UHGV virus genome: UHGV-0392077
DNA: 38,618 nt
DNA from: a virus
Strand: one strand, 5' to 3'
A program made the translations under genes and the position numbers. This document shows, one piece after another, positions 25,153 through 34,856 of this stretch; within the stretch, counting starts at the first letter, position 1; the number at the start of each line of letters is the position of its first letter. Below the pieces are notes generated by a model. That model ran no database searches, was not told the DNA's origin, and worked only from the letters and a program-made list of their open reading frames with translations.

Positions 25153-25691
25153 TGTGTAACCCAGCCATCGCTTTGGTTGCCGTCACAGTGGCATCCACAG
25201 CCGCGTCAATGTACAGCCAGAGCAAGCAGGCAAAATACCAGTCAGCCATAGCTGATCGGAATGCTGAAATTGCTGAAGCTCAGGCACAGGATTCAATCAA
25301 TCGTGGGAATATTGAAGCGGATCAGCGTCGTCGTGAAATGCGTCAACGCTCAGGCACTGCGGCGGCCACTATGGGGGCTACCGGTGCGGAATTAAGTAGC
25401 GGAACAGCTCTTGACGTTTTTGCGGATAATGCTCAGTTCGGCACTCTTGATGCGTTAACGACAGTGAATAATGCTCAGCGTGAGGCATATGGGTATCAGG
25501 TTCAGGGAATGAATGCTCAGGCACAGGGGGCTGCTGCTCAGTCGGCTGCTAAATCATCGATGACCAGCACTTTGTTAACGGCACCACTAAAAGCATACGG
25601 TGCATACCAGATGGGCGGCGGAACGTGGAGCCCGTTCTCTCAGAAAGCTGCGCCGATTTCTGCTGCTGTTGGCACTCCAACAGGTCGATAA
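25152..25691 (+). CDS. hypothetical virion/internal protein (Ala/Gln-rich)
   Basis: 179 aa, start overlaps the upstream stop (ATGA). Confidence 0.4.
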   Translation: MCNPAIALVAVTVASTAASMYSQSKQAKYQSAIADRNAEIAEAQAQDSINRGNIEADQRRREMRQRSGTAAATMGATGAELSSGTALDVFADNAQFGTLDALTTVNNAQREAYGYQVQGMNAQAQGAAAQSAAKSSMTSTLLTAPLKAYGAYQMGGGTWSPFSQKAAPISAAVGTPTGR

Positions 25692-25703
25692 GGGGATAAT
25701 AAG

Positions 25704-28217
25704 ATGCCAGTTGTACCAACAACATCGGGCCGCCAGGTTCAAAGCAGAGGGATTTCGACGCAGGGATTCTCATCGTTTCAGACACCAAATGTCGGTGATG
25801 TACTTGGCGATGTTGCAGAGCAATATGCAGGTATTATTGCGCAGGCAAAACAGCGTGCGAATGTTGCTATGGCTCAGGATGCTTCTCTTAGCTTAAGCCA
25901 GATAAGCAGCGATCTGCTGAATAACCCTGAAACAGGTTTGCTTAACCTGAAAGGGAAAAATGCTATTGGAAAAGGTCAGGAGTATACGCAGCAGTTTGAT
26001 GCCCAGGTCGAGCAACTGGCTATGTCGCTGCCGGATGAACAGGCCCGTAATGCTTTCATGCAGCAGGCACAGCAGCAGCGCATTCAGTTCACTACGCAGG
26101 CCGGGCGGCACGAGATAGGGCAAATTAATGCCTACGAAGAAGGTCAGTTTCAGGCGACGCTGCTGAATAATGGTAAAAATGCCGCAGCATTGTATGGCGA
26201 CAATGCCGCATACGTATTGGCTAATAAGCAAACTTTCCAGCAAATTGAGGATTACGGCATTGCGCATGGCTGGAGCGACGAGCAAATCCAGGCCAAGAAA
26301 ATCGAGTTTAAAGAGAAGGTTGCTGATGCCGCATTGTCCCAGTGGTCGGCAAACAATGCGACCGCATTCATCCAAAGTAATGGCGAGTTAAGTGATACTG
26401 CTGCTGGAGCTCGCCGTGCTGTAGCAGATAGTGACTCTTCCGAGCGTGCCCGTGGCATACGCAACAATAACCCAGGAAATCTCGAATACAGCAAAACTAA
26501 TCCGTGGGTAGGCCAGACCGGTGATGATGGTCGATTTGCTAAATTCGAAACACCTGAACACGGGATTCGTGCATTAGGGCGAAACCTGATGTCGTATCAG
26601 AGGCAGGGTATTGATACCGTCAGCGAGATAATTAATCGCTGGGCACCGCCTACTGATAAAAATGATACTATGTCGTATATCAAAGCAGTGTGCGAACAAC
26701 TTGGCGTTTCTGCTGATGATCCTCTCGATGCATCTAATCCTGATACCCTGAAGGCGCTTTGTGCAGCCATTATCCATCATGAGAACGGTAACCAGCCATA
26801 CAGTGATCAGCAGTTAACTGCTGGTGTCAGTGCAGCACTTGGTTTATCAACAATTCCAACCAACACCAAACGCTATACCGGTAATGCAGCATTCGATGCG
26901 GCATCTCCTGAGGCGCAGGCAAGTTTTATGCGACAGGCGGATCAACTGCGTCGGCAGCAGCAGGCTGAATATAAAACGATGATTGACAGCCAGGTTCGCG
27001 ATGCGACGGCTGCGTATATGCGTGGCGTTGAATTTCCTAACCCACCTGGTGAGGATGATTTTATTGCAGCTTATGGAGTCAGAGAAGGAAACCTGCGATA
27101 TACCGAGTTTAAGAATACGCAGATCGCCGGACAGTATATAGGCTCTTTCCGCAACATGCCGACAAGCAGCATTACAGCATATGTTGAGCAATTACGCCCG
27201 GATACTGGTGATACAGGGGAGGGGTATGCGGCACGCGCAGATCTTTATGACAACGTTGTTTCGGCTGCAAATCAGGTGATAAAGCAGCGGCAGTCGGATC
27301 CTGTGCAGTTCTCTCTTGCCTCCGGACTGGCAAAGCCTATCGACATGAGCAATAAGGATAACTTTGGACAGAGCGTTGCCTTGCGTGCCGCTCAGGTCAG
27401 TGACCTTGCTAAGTCATATGGCACTCCACTGACGTTCTTTTCCAAAGACGAGGCCAATCAGATCGGTGTTTTCTTTCGTGATGCTCCAGTTTCCCAACAG
27501 GCAGCATATCTCGATACCATCAGGCAGAGTACTGGTGGTGGGCAGGTGTATATGTCAGCACTACAGCAGATCAGTGCCAACGCGCCATCTGCTGCCGTTG
27601 CCGGGATACTGATGGATAAGCCTGGTGGTATTTTGGCAGAAAAAAACTGGTTTAATCCGGATGTTTCCGTGTCTCCTGAAACCGCTGCGCAGACAATTCT
27701 TGCTGGCGCGGCGGCTCGTAAAGGTACTGATGATGCGAAAGGTATTCCGATGCCTAAAGATGCTGATCTTCGCCTTGAGTTTTCTGACATGGTGAAGGAT
27801 GCATTTGCTGGTGACGCTCAGGGAGCATCAATGGCATACGAGATCGCAAAGGATTATTACGCTGGTGTGATGGCGAAAAAAGGCGTGGTATCAGGCGAAA
27901 TTGACAATGATGTCTGGAAACAGGCTGTTAACGTAGCTACAGGTGGCGTGCATGACTATAACGGAATGGGGAATGTCCTTTTGCCGTGGGGAATGTCTGC
28001 AGAGCAATTCGATAAGCAGGTTAATCAGGCTTGGAATGAACAAGTTGTCGGCACCGGGATAAAAACACCGCCTGGTCAGTATGGTTTGCAAAGTTACGGC
28101 GATAGTCAGTACCTGGTGAAACTTGGTACTGGTTATCTGCTGAAAGATGATGGTTCTCCTGTTGTTCTTGATCTGACACAGAAGCGTCAGAGATTCTCCG
28201 GAGATATTCCGCAATGA
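25704..28217 (+). CDS. internal virion / ejection protein (837 aa) with an internal globular insert
   Basis: Largely Ala/Gln-rich with a distinct segment (about 26450-26800) RARGIRNNNPGNLEYS...HHENGNQPY. Role inferred from position. Confidence 0.5.
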   Translation: MPVVPTTSGRQVQSRGISTQGFSSFQTPNVGDVLGDVAEQYAGIIAQAKQRANVAMAQDASLSLSQISSDLLNNPETGLLNLKGKNAIGKGQEYTQQFDAQVEQLAMSLPDEQARNAFMQQAQQQRIQFTTQAGRHEIGQINAYEEGQFQATLLNNGKNAAALYGDNAAYVLANKQTFQQIEDYGIAHGWSDEQIQAKKIEFKEKVADAALSQWSANNATAFIQSNGELSDTAAGARRAVADSDSSERARGIRNNNPGNLEYSKTNPWVGQTGDDGRFAKFETPEHGIRALGRNLMSYQRQGIDTVSEIINRWAPPTDKNDTMSYIKAVCEQLGVSADDPLDASNPDTLKALCAAIIHHENGNQPYSDQQLTAGVSAALGLSTIPTNTKRYTGNAAFDAASPEAQASFMRQADQLRRQQQAEYKTMIDSQVRDATAAYMRGVEFPNPPGEDDFIAAYGVREGNLRYTEFKNTQIAGQYIGSFRNMPTSSITAYVEQLRPDTGDTGEGYAARADLYDNVVSAANQVIKQRQSDPVQFSLASGLAKPIDMSNKDNFGQSVALRAAQVSDLAKSYGTPLTFFSKDEANQIGVFFRDAPVSQQAAYLDTIRQSTGGGQVYMSALQQISANAPSAAVAGILMDKPGGILAEKNWFNPDVSVSPETAAQTILAGAAARKGTDDAKGIPMPKDADLRLEFSDMVKDAFAGDAQGASMAYEIAKDYYAGVMAKKGVVSGEIDNDVWKQAVNVATGGVHDYNGMGNVLLPWGMSAEQFDKQVNQAWNEQVVGTGIKTPPGQYGLQSYGDSQYLVKLGTGYLLKDDGSPVVLDLTQKRQRFSGDIPQ

Positions 28218-30016
28218 GTTACTTTGGCCTTAATCCAGTAAACCAGAATCAGCAACTTGACGAAGCAGCATCAAATCCAGCGGGCTTTAACAGCGATGTT
28301 GGTTTTTTCGACAATGCTGCAGGAGCGGCATTGTCTGGTTTGTACTCCGGGCTGGTGGCAAAGCCAGATCAGTTGCTATGGGCAGGGATGGATAAAATCG
28401 TATCCCCGATTGCTCAGTTTGTTAACGAAAACACCTCGTTCAATGACACTTCAGTTTCATACATTGCTGAGCAGAGAAAACTAGCAGAGCAGCAGGTTAA
28501 GCAGCTGACGCCTGATGCCGCGACAACCGGAACCGCCGGGCAGGTTCTTTATGGGTTGTTCGATATGGGCGGGCAGGCTGTTGTCGGTACAACGCTCGGT
28601 GGTCCTGTCGGAGGTGCAGCGGCGGTAACTTCGCTACAGGGTTTTTCTGAGTTTGAACGGCTGACAGCACAGGGTGTTGATTTCAGGACGGCGCAGGAAG
28701 CGGGATTAGTGCAGGGCATTACTGCTGGTGCCGGAACACTGATCCCTATGAGCCTCGGGTTACGTGCTGGTGGTGCGCTGGCGGAAGGTGTGGCGGCTCA
28801 GCTTGCGCGGACGGGTGAGAGTTCAGTGCGACGCGCCGCAGCAACAGCAGTACGTGCAATGCCAGATATTGCCTATGCCGCAGGTACAAATATTGCGTTC
28901 GGTATGGCACAGCGTGGGCTTACTGCAAAAACGCTTCGTGATGGTGGCTATAGCGAAATGGCTAACCAGTATGATGTGTTGGATCGACAGGCAATTGCTA
29001 TTGATGCTGTTCTTGGGGTGGCGTTTGGTGGTGTCGGCAGATTTATTAACTCTCGCGGCGAGTCTACAAACGCACCAAATTTTTCACCAGTTGATATCGA
29101 TGCTGCACTGGCGGCGAATGCCGCTCATCATGCTGAAATTGATATTGCGCCCGGCGTGCCGATCAACGTGCTTTCGCGCAATTCTCACATTCAGGCTCTG
29201 CGAAAAGCTATGTCTGATGTTAGCCAGGGGAGACCTGTAGACGTTGCCAGCATTGTTGAGTCTGCATCTTTCAGTGAAATTCCTGGGCGCAAGAGTCTGC
29301 TGTCTCAGGCAGTTAATGAGGCTCTGTCATCTGTAGATGATGGAGTAACGGCGCGCGCTATAGAAAATCGGTTGCTTGAAGAACAGGCCGCGCAGCTTTT
29401 GCCGCGTGGAGATAGACAGGTTTACCAGTCTGAAATCGCTAATAGCCAACGAATTATTGAAAATCTCACTGAACAGCGTGCACAAATTCTTGCAGAAGAG
29501 CCAACCGGTAGCGGTAAAGCTTTGTCTCGTACTCGATCAGATAAACAGGCCAGACTTCGCGATATTGACCAACGAATCCGGCAGGCACAAGAACGCCTGG
29601 AATTTTCTCGTAACGCGTTGGCACCGCATGAGCCTGGCGGTCAGTTTTTTGAAGCTCGAGCAGAACTGGCTCGGAGACAGCAGGCAGAAAGTGAACTTAA
29701 TGCTCAGGCTGTTTCATTCTATAAAACAGCAGAGGTCAGGACGCCAGGCGAAGTGGCTCCTTTTGAGCCTGATAAAATATTGCAACAGGCAGAACAAAAA
29801 ATGATGGCGGATCAGGCAGGAGATATTGATCTGCGCATAGCTGAAGACTCGCTGCTTGAATCACCTGACATGATAATCACCGTGCTGGATGATGATGGTA
29901 ATCCACAATCGCGCAGCGCGCGTGAAGTACTGGATGAAGCGAACAGGGAAAGTGAGCAGGCAATACAGGATTCCAGCCTGTTTGATGTCGCTGTGGCGTG
30001 TTTCTTGAGAGGTTAA
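28214..30016 (+). CDS. internal virion / ejection protein (600 aa)
   Basis: ATG overlaps the upstream stop; Gly/Ala-rich N-terminal half with hydrophobic stretches. Confidence 0.5.
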   Translation: MSYFGLNPVNQNQQLDEAASNPAGFNSDVGFFDNAAGAALSGLYSGLVAKPDQLLWAGMDKIVSPIAQFVNENTSFNDTSVSYIAEQRKLAEQQVKQLTPDAATTGTAGQVLYGLFDMGGQAVVGTTLGGPVGGAAAVTSLQGFSEFERLTAQGVDFRTAQEAGLVQGITAGAGTLIPMSLGLRAGGALAEGVAAQLARTGESSVRRAAATAVRAMPDIAYAAGTNIAFGMAQRGLTAKTLRDGGYSEMANQYDVLDRQAIAIDAVLGVAFGGVGRFINSRGESTNAPNFSPVDIDAALAANAAHHAEIDIAPGVPINVLSRNSHIQALRKAMSDVSQGRPVDVASIVESASFSEIPGRKSLLSQAVNEALSSVDDGVTARAIENRLLEEQAAQLLPRGDRQVYQSEIANSQRIIENLTEQRAQILAEEPTGSGKALSRTRSDKQARLRDIDQRIRQAQERLEFSRNALAPHEPGGQFFEARAELARRQQAESELNAQAVSFYKTAEVRTPGEVAPFEPDKILQQAEQKMMADQAGDIDLRIAEDSLLESPDMIITVLDDDGNPQSRSAREVLDEANRESEQAIQDSSLFDVAVACFLRG

Positions 30017-30021
30017 ATTAA

Positions 30022-32496
30022 ATGAGACAGGAATGTATACAAGCGGTCCAGCAGGCGGCGCAGCGCACGTTAACGGCGCGAGAAATACAGAACATTGAAG
30101 ACCGCATTTATCGAAATATGCGCTCCATTGCTCGTGATGACCCGATGTCGTGGAGACAACTTTCCGAATCAGAGCGGCTATATCGTGCAGCACAATTGGC
30201 ATCTGAAGAATTACAGCGAGAAGCGGCATTAAAGAAACGTCGTGTGGCCCTCACTATAGCCGCACGTCAGAGATTGGATAAATTTATCAATAGCTATCAA
30301 GGGGCTGATGGGAAACTTGGCGCTCTTAACCGTACTATTGCTTTTAATGCAGACGGTAAATCGAATTTCCTCTCTGTTGAGTCCAGAACAAAAGCCACTC
30401 GTGATTATGCATTGAGTCAATTGCAAGAGGCATTTGAAGCAGTTGATCCTCGCTTTTTTGGCCTGTTTGAAGATGAAGCTGGCGTGCGTGACTTGGTATA
30501 TGAAATGCGAGGGCAAAATACTGGCAATGCTAAAGCAAGAAAAGGTGCTAAGGCGTGGAGAGAAGTGACAGATCTACTGCGCCGCCGGTTTAATGATGCT
30601 GGTGGGGACATTGGCTATCTCGAAAACTGGGGGATCCCTCAACATCATTCTATGGAAAAGGTTGGGGCGGTATCAAAGGATAAGTGGGTTAGCGATGTTA
30701 TAGGTAAGCTGGATCGCAAATATTATATCCGAGCCGATGGACAACTGATGAACGATGCCGAGTTGTCTGCATTTCTTGGAGAGGCTTATAACACGATCGC
30801 TACTGGTGGGCTGAATAAGCTTACTGATACCGGAATGCGAATTTCCGGCGCACGTGCTAACCGTGGTAATGCATCACGACAGATACATTTCAAAGATGCA
30901 GATTCCTATCTGCAATATCAGCAACTTTATGGCGATCGCTCTCTATGGGAAATCATGGTCGGTCACCTGGAAGGTATCAGTAAAGATATTGCACTGGTGG
31001 AAACATATGGCCCAAACCCCGATCATGTTTTCCGCTCCCTTCTTGATCAGGTTAAGGCAGAAACGGCAACAGCTAACCCGAGTAAAACCGGTAAAGTCGA
31101 GCGGCTGGCGAACAACACAGAGAATCTGTACAACTTTATTTCCGGAAAGACACAGCCTGTAGCGAATCCGCACATCGCGCGATGGTCTGACAATATCCGC
31201 AACTGGCTGGTTGCCAGCAGACTCGGATCCGCGTTGCTGTCATCGTTCTCTGATCTTGGAACCATGTATCTGTCTGCGAAGGTTACCAACCTTCCAATGA
31301 ACCAGTTATTCCGCAACCAACTTGAAGCTATGGACCCAACGAACCGTACAGAACTTGCGCGGGCGCGCCGCGCTGGTCTGGCGATGGAATCTCTACTTGG
31401 CAGCGTTAACCGCTGGGCGATGGATAATATGGGGCCGTCAGTGTCTCGTTGGGCGGCGACGGCGGTAATGCGTGCCAGTGGGCTTACAGCATGGTCAGAT
31501 GCGCACAAGCGCGCCTATGGCGTAACCATGATGGGAAGCCTGGGAGAAGTAGTGTCACGGACACCAGACCTTCGTAGCCTCGATGATTCTGATTTTCGTA
31601 TCCTGAAAAGCAAAGGGATTACTGACACAGACTGGAGCGTATGGAAGCTGGCGCAACAGGAGGACTGGGGGAACGGTAATAATACGATGCTGACACCGGA
31701 AAGCATTATGCGTATCCCTGATTCAGCAGTTAAACATCTTGGTGAGCCTGAACGCGTGAAATTTGAGGCAATGCGTAAACTGCTCGGTGCCGTAACTGAA
31801 GAGGTTGATATGGCTGTTATTACACCGGGAGCACGTGAGCAACTGATAACCGGTTCTGGTATTCAGCGTGGAACATGGAAAGGTGAATTAACGAGAAGTG
31901 TTTTCCTGTTTAAATCGTTCCCTATCTCGGTGGTTATGCGTCACTGGTCACGCGCTATGGGTATGCCGTCTGCTGGTGGGCGTGCGGCATATATTGCGAC
32001 GTTTATTGCCAGTACGACCATTCTTGGCGCTTTGTCGCAGCAACTTAACGACCTTGCGTCTGGTCGTAATCCTCGCGAGATGACAGGAGAAGATGCTGCT
32101 AAATTTTGGCTTGGTGCTCTACTGAAAGGTGGTGGTCTTGGCCTTTACGGTGACTTTTTATTGTCAGATCACACTAGGTACGGAAGCGGCGCGCTGGCAT
32201 CGATGCTTGGCCCGGTAGCTGGTCTGGTTGATGACGTAGTGAAGATTGCTCAGGGCATACCGTTAAATGCTGTGGAAGGGAAGAGTGAGCAGACTGGTGG
32301 TGATCTGATTAAGCTGGGGAAAGGTCTGATGCCAGGTGCGAATCTCTGGTACTTGAAGGCGGCTCTCGATCACATGATCTTTAACCAGATGCAGGAGTAT
32401 TTTTCACCAGGCTATTTGCGTAAAATGGAGCAACGTTCGAAGAAAGAGTTTAACCAGACATACTGGTGGCGACCACAGGATGTCACTCCGCAATAA
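30022..32496 (+). CDS. internal virion / ejection protein (824 aa)
   Basis: Long ORF ending the contiguous plus-strand structural block; hydrophobic segments near residues 650-700. Confidence 0.5.
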   Translation: MRQECIQAVQQAAQRTLTAREIQNIEDRIYRNMRSIARDDPMSWRQLSESERLYRAAQLASEELQREAALKKRRVALTIAARQRLDKFINSYQGADGKLGALNRTIAFNADGKSNFLSVESRTKATRDYALSQLQEAFEAVDPRFFGLFEDEAGVRDLVYEMRGQNTGNAKARKGAKAWREVTDLLRRRFNDAGGDIGYLENWGIPQHHSMEKVGAVSKDKWVSDVIGKLDRKYYIRADGQLMNDAELSAFLGEAYNTIATGGLNKLTDTGMRISGARANRGNASRQIHFKDADSYLQYQQLYGDRSLWEIMVGHLEGISKDIALVETYGPNPDHVFRSLLDQVKAETATANPSKTGKVERLANNTENLYNFISGKTQPVANPHIARWSDNIRNWLVASRLGSALLSSFSDLGTMYLSAKVTNLPMNQLFRNQLEAMDPTNRTELARARRAGLAMESLLGSVNRWAMDNMGPSVSRWAATAVMRASGLTAWSDAHKRAYGVTMMGSLGEVVSRTPDLRSLDDSDFRILKSKGITDTDWSVWKLAQQEDWGNGNNTMLTPESIMRIPDSAVKHLGEPERVKFEAMRKLLGAVTEEVDMAVITPGAREQLITGSGIQRGTWKGELTRSVFLFKSFPISVVMRHWSRAMGMPSAGGRAAYIATFIASTTILGALSQQLNDLASGRNPREMTGEDAAKFWLGALLKGGGLGLYGDFLLSDHTRYGSGALASMLGPVAGLVDDVVKIAQGIPLNAVEGKSEQTGGDLIKLGKGLMPGANLWYLKAALDHMIFNQMQEYFSPGYLRKMEQRSKKEFNQTYWWRPQDVTPQ

Positions 32497-32504
32497 AAGG
32501 AGAT

Positions 32505-32630
32505 ATGATGGTTCAAATAACTTTTATTGTACTAATATGTGCAGCGTTTTTATGCTATTCATACATTTTGATAAAAATGGGTTTCAATTGGAACCTCTGT
32601 TGCGTGCAGCGGCATGGTTCGGCTTTGTAG
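32505..32630 (+). CDS. small hydrophobic peptide (about 40 aa), uncertain
   Basis: AAGGAG at 32497-32502 then ATGATG; hand translation MMVQITFIVLICAAFLCYSYILIKMGFNWNLCCVQRHGSAL*. An alternative frame (32480..32668) also encodes a TM segment. Confidence 0.3.
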   Translation: MMVQITFIVLICAAFLCYSYILIKMGFNWNLCCVQRHGSAL

Positions 32631-32715
32631 TATTCGGAATTGTATTGTTCGGAAGAATAATAAAATAACTAGTTAATTTGTGGATTGGTGCTGTTTTTCC
32701 ATGATAGGGGTAATT

Positions 32716-33096
32716 ATGAGAAAAGTATTTTTGATTTTTGGATTTATGCTTCTCGTTGGATGCCAGTCAGCTGCACAGTTTGAAAGAAATATGCTTACGT
32801 GGCGTGGGCAGAGTATAGACGCAATGGTTCAGCAGTGGGGGTATCCTCAGGGAGAGCTTACATCTCCAGATGGAAACAGAGTGTATGTTTACTCAAGCTC
32901 TGGTAGTTATAACGTACCACAAACCACAACGTATAATACTACGTCTAATCTAATTGGTAATACTATATATTCAAACACATATGCAACAACTGATGGCGGT
33001 TATACACTCCATTTCAGTTGCTCTGTTTACGTTGAGTTTGGTGCTGATAAGATTATTAAAAATGTTACATGGCGCGGTAATAATTGCGTTGCGTGA
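32716..33096 (+). CDS. lipoprotein (moron; possible superinfection-exclusion factor)
   Basis: Signal peptide MRKVFLIFGFMLLVGC with lipobox LVG|C; AGGGG 6 nt upstream of ATG 32716; conspicuously AT-rich compared with its flanks. Confidence 0.65.
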   Translation: MRKVFLIFGFMLLVGCQSAAQFERNMLTWRGQSIDAMVQQWGYPQGELTSPDGNRVYVYSSSGSYNVPQTTTYNTTSNLIGNTIYSNTYATTDGGYTLHFSCSVYVEFGADKIIKNVTWRGNNCVA

Positions 33097-33104
33097 CATG
33101 TCAC
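33093..33104. repeat. perfect 12-bp palindrome GTGACATGTCAC (copy 3 of 3)
   Basis: Exact string; contains the TGA stop of the lipoprotein gene and abuts the terminator hairpin. Confidence 0.9.
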
Positions 33105-33130
33105 AGGCCGCTTTCGCGGCCTTGTTTTTA
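33105..33130 (+). terminator. rho-independent terminator of the lipoprotein gene
   Basis: AGGCCGC-TTTC-GCGGCCT followed by TGTTTTT. Confidence 0.6.
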
Positions 33131-33169
33131 ACGAATGCCACCGCCGCCCGGGCGGGAATCCGCAGACAC

Positions 33170-33190
33170 AAAAAAGCCCGCGGCGCGGGC
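33170..33190 (-). terminator. terminator of the minus-strand antirepressor operon
   Basis: GC-rich hairpin GCCCG-CGGCG-CGGGC with TTTTT on the minus strand, directly after the stop at 33191. Confidence 0.5.
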
Positions 33191-33739
33191 TTACTTTTCT
33201 TCAGGTTTGTTGTCTTCAGATTTCTTCTTGATGCTTGGTTTTTGTCTAAGAACGAAAATACCAGCCACTGCAACAACTGTACCGATCACTGTGCCTGCTA
33301 GAACTTCATGACCTGTTAAACCTAATAATGTTGCACAAGCTACTGTAAAAATAGTTGCACTCAGGCCAAACCACTGCCCACGTTTATCTCTATTAATAGC
33401 CCCGTCAAGTGCCTTTTCCTCCATTTTCTGGCGGTGAGCAAACTCCTTCTCCGTCAGCTGGAAGATGCGTTCGGGGGCATCAGGTAAAATATCCTGATAC
33501 CCGCGAAGCAGATAAGGGGGAGGAAGCGGACCCTGAAACGCATGGTGAGCGACAACTATCTCCTGAATTTCAGGGCGATCAAGAACTCTTGTGAAGGCAT
33601 CTGGGTGTTGAATGATCTCGTTACTTAGCCCTTCCTCAACTTCCTCGAACTCAGTTTCTTCGTTATCACTTGGTTGCCCAATAGATTTTTGCATATTTGT
33701 CGAAGGACATTCCTTTAGCTTCTGGTTTTCCTCTTGCAT
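33191..33739 (-). CDS. hypothetical membrane protein (possible superinfection-exclusion protein)
   Basis: Acidic N-terminal region and two C-terminal TM helices (WFGLSATIFTVACATLLGL; VLAGTVIGTVVAVAGIFVL). The true start may be the internal ATG at 33694. Confidence 0.5.
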   Translation of the reverse strand: MQEENQKLKECPSTNMQKSIGQPSDNEETEFEEVEEGLSNEIIQHPDAFTRVLDRPEIQEIVVAHHAFQGPLPPPYLLRGYQDILPDAPERIFQLTEKEFAHRQKMEEKALDGAINRDKRGQWFGLSATIFTVACATLLGLTGHEVLAGTVIGTVVAVAGIFVLRQKPSIKKKSEDNKPEEK

Positions 33740-33992
33740 TTGAGTTTTTCCCTGTCACTATTGCCCATTTTCCGCCAGCAGGCGCTGCAATTTTTTTTCC
33801 GTTCTTTACTATATATTCAGCATAAACACGATTTTCTGACCGTCTGAGATCGTCTCCGACCATATTCATGTCTCTTGATATAACTTTGACGACAGAGTCT
33901 CGGTTTAAAGCCTTGGCATAGTTGGAGCCAGGAACGATACCCAAAGGGGTGCCAGACTCTATAGCCAGCTCCTTGACATATCTTCTGCTCAT
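33666..33992 (-). CDS. hypothetical protein (108 aa)
   Basis: ATG 33992 with GAGGT 5 nt upstream; overlaps the start of the downstream membrane-protein gene; operator site lies just upstream. Confidence 0.4.
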   Translation of the reverse strand: MSRRYVKELAIESGTPLGIVPGSNYAKALNRDSVVKVISRDMNMVGDDLRRSENRVYAEYIVKNGKKIAAPAGGKWAIVTGKNSNARGKPEAKGMSFDKYAKIYWATK

Positions 33993-34013
33993 ATGAACCT
34001 CAACCAATCGACT

Positions 34014-34028
34014 TTACCAATCGGGTAA
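34014..34028. promoter_or_regulatory. operator-like palindrome TTACC-aatcg-GGTAA
   Basis: Perfect half-sites between ant and the 108-aa gene. Confidence 0.5.
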
Positions 34029-34113
34029 TTTTAAACATGAGTATAATGCTTTTAACTGCAACGAGTGTAAACAATTATTGATAATTGTAGGCACATCCAT
34101 GTGCCGCCGCCCG

Positions 34114-34824
34114 TCAGAAGAACCCAGCCTTGTCGTTGATGTACTCCGCGTGTGTCTGGATATCACGCAGGCATTTGCTCACACCGACGATGTAGCAGAA
34201 CATGGTGGTCAGCTCCGCCGCCGCGCCCGATACGTCGTGCCCGTCTTCCTGTAACTGGTTCAGCAGATTCATCAGCAGTGAGTGCTCCGTCAGGCCGAGA
34301 ACACCAGACGGCGAATGAATCAGGCTACGGTAGCCGGGCTTCAGTGGGGCACTGTAGGTTTTGTTCTCTATCTTCATTGCCTGCATTACTGCTGACGCCG
34401 TGGCGTTGGCTACCTGGTCGGCAACCATCTTTATGCGTTCTTCCTGCGGTAGCGAGTTTTTAATGTAACTTCCGGTGCGGCGGATCTGAGGAAGAACCTC
34501 ACCTGTAACCCATTTGCGAAAGCGGTAGGGGATAGTGCCTGGTGTCACTGCGTCGCGGCAGCGGAGGATCAGTGTGTAGAGGCCTGACTCGGAGATGATG
34601 TTGATCTCTTTTACTCGGCTATCAAAAATTGCACGATGTTCATGCCCTATGTTGAACATAGACCTTTCATCATCATCCAGTTTTTCAAGTGCTTGGGTGA
34701 CGTTTTGGATACGCAGCGCACTACAAACGTCTTGGGCTACAAACCATGGTTGGCCATCGATAATGATGGAACGGATAGGGTTAACAGATTCAAATTTGAA
34801 GATGGCAGTTTGAGCATTAGCCAT
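34114..34824 (-). CDS. ant: antirepressor, Bro-N domain (Ant-like)
   Basis: N-terminus FKFESVNPIRSIIIDGQPWFVAQDVCSALRIQNVTQALEKLDDDE matches the Bro-N / P22 Ant-type domain. ATG 34824 with GGAG upstream. The C-terminal domain is paralogous to gene 35140..35397. Confidence 0.7.
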   Translation of the reverse strand: MANAQTAIFKFESVNPIRSIIIDGQPWFVAQDVCSALRIQNVTQALEKLDDDERSMFNIGHEHRAIFDSRVKEINIISESGLYTLILRCRDAVTPGTIPYRFRKWVTGEVLPQIRRTGSYIKNSLPQEERIKMVADQVANATASAVMQAMKIENKTYSAPLKPGYRSLIHSPSGVLGLTEHSLLMNLLNQLQEDGHDVSGAAAELTTMFCYIVGVSKCLRDIQTHAEYINDKAGFF

Positions 34825-34842
34825 GGTGGTTATCTCCACTTA

Positions 34843-34856
34843 GTGATTTTAATCAC
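34843..34856. promoter_or_regulatory. 14-bp palindrome GTGATTTTAATCAC upstream of ant (candidate operator)
   Basis: Perfect inverted repeat GTGATT/AATCAC, 19 bp upstream of the ant start codon; distinct from the TTACC-N5-GGTAA family. Confidence 0.4.
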
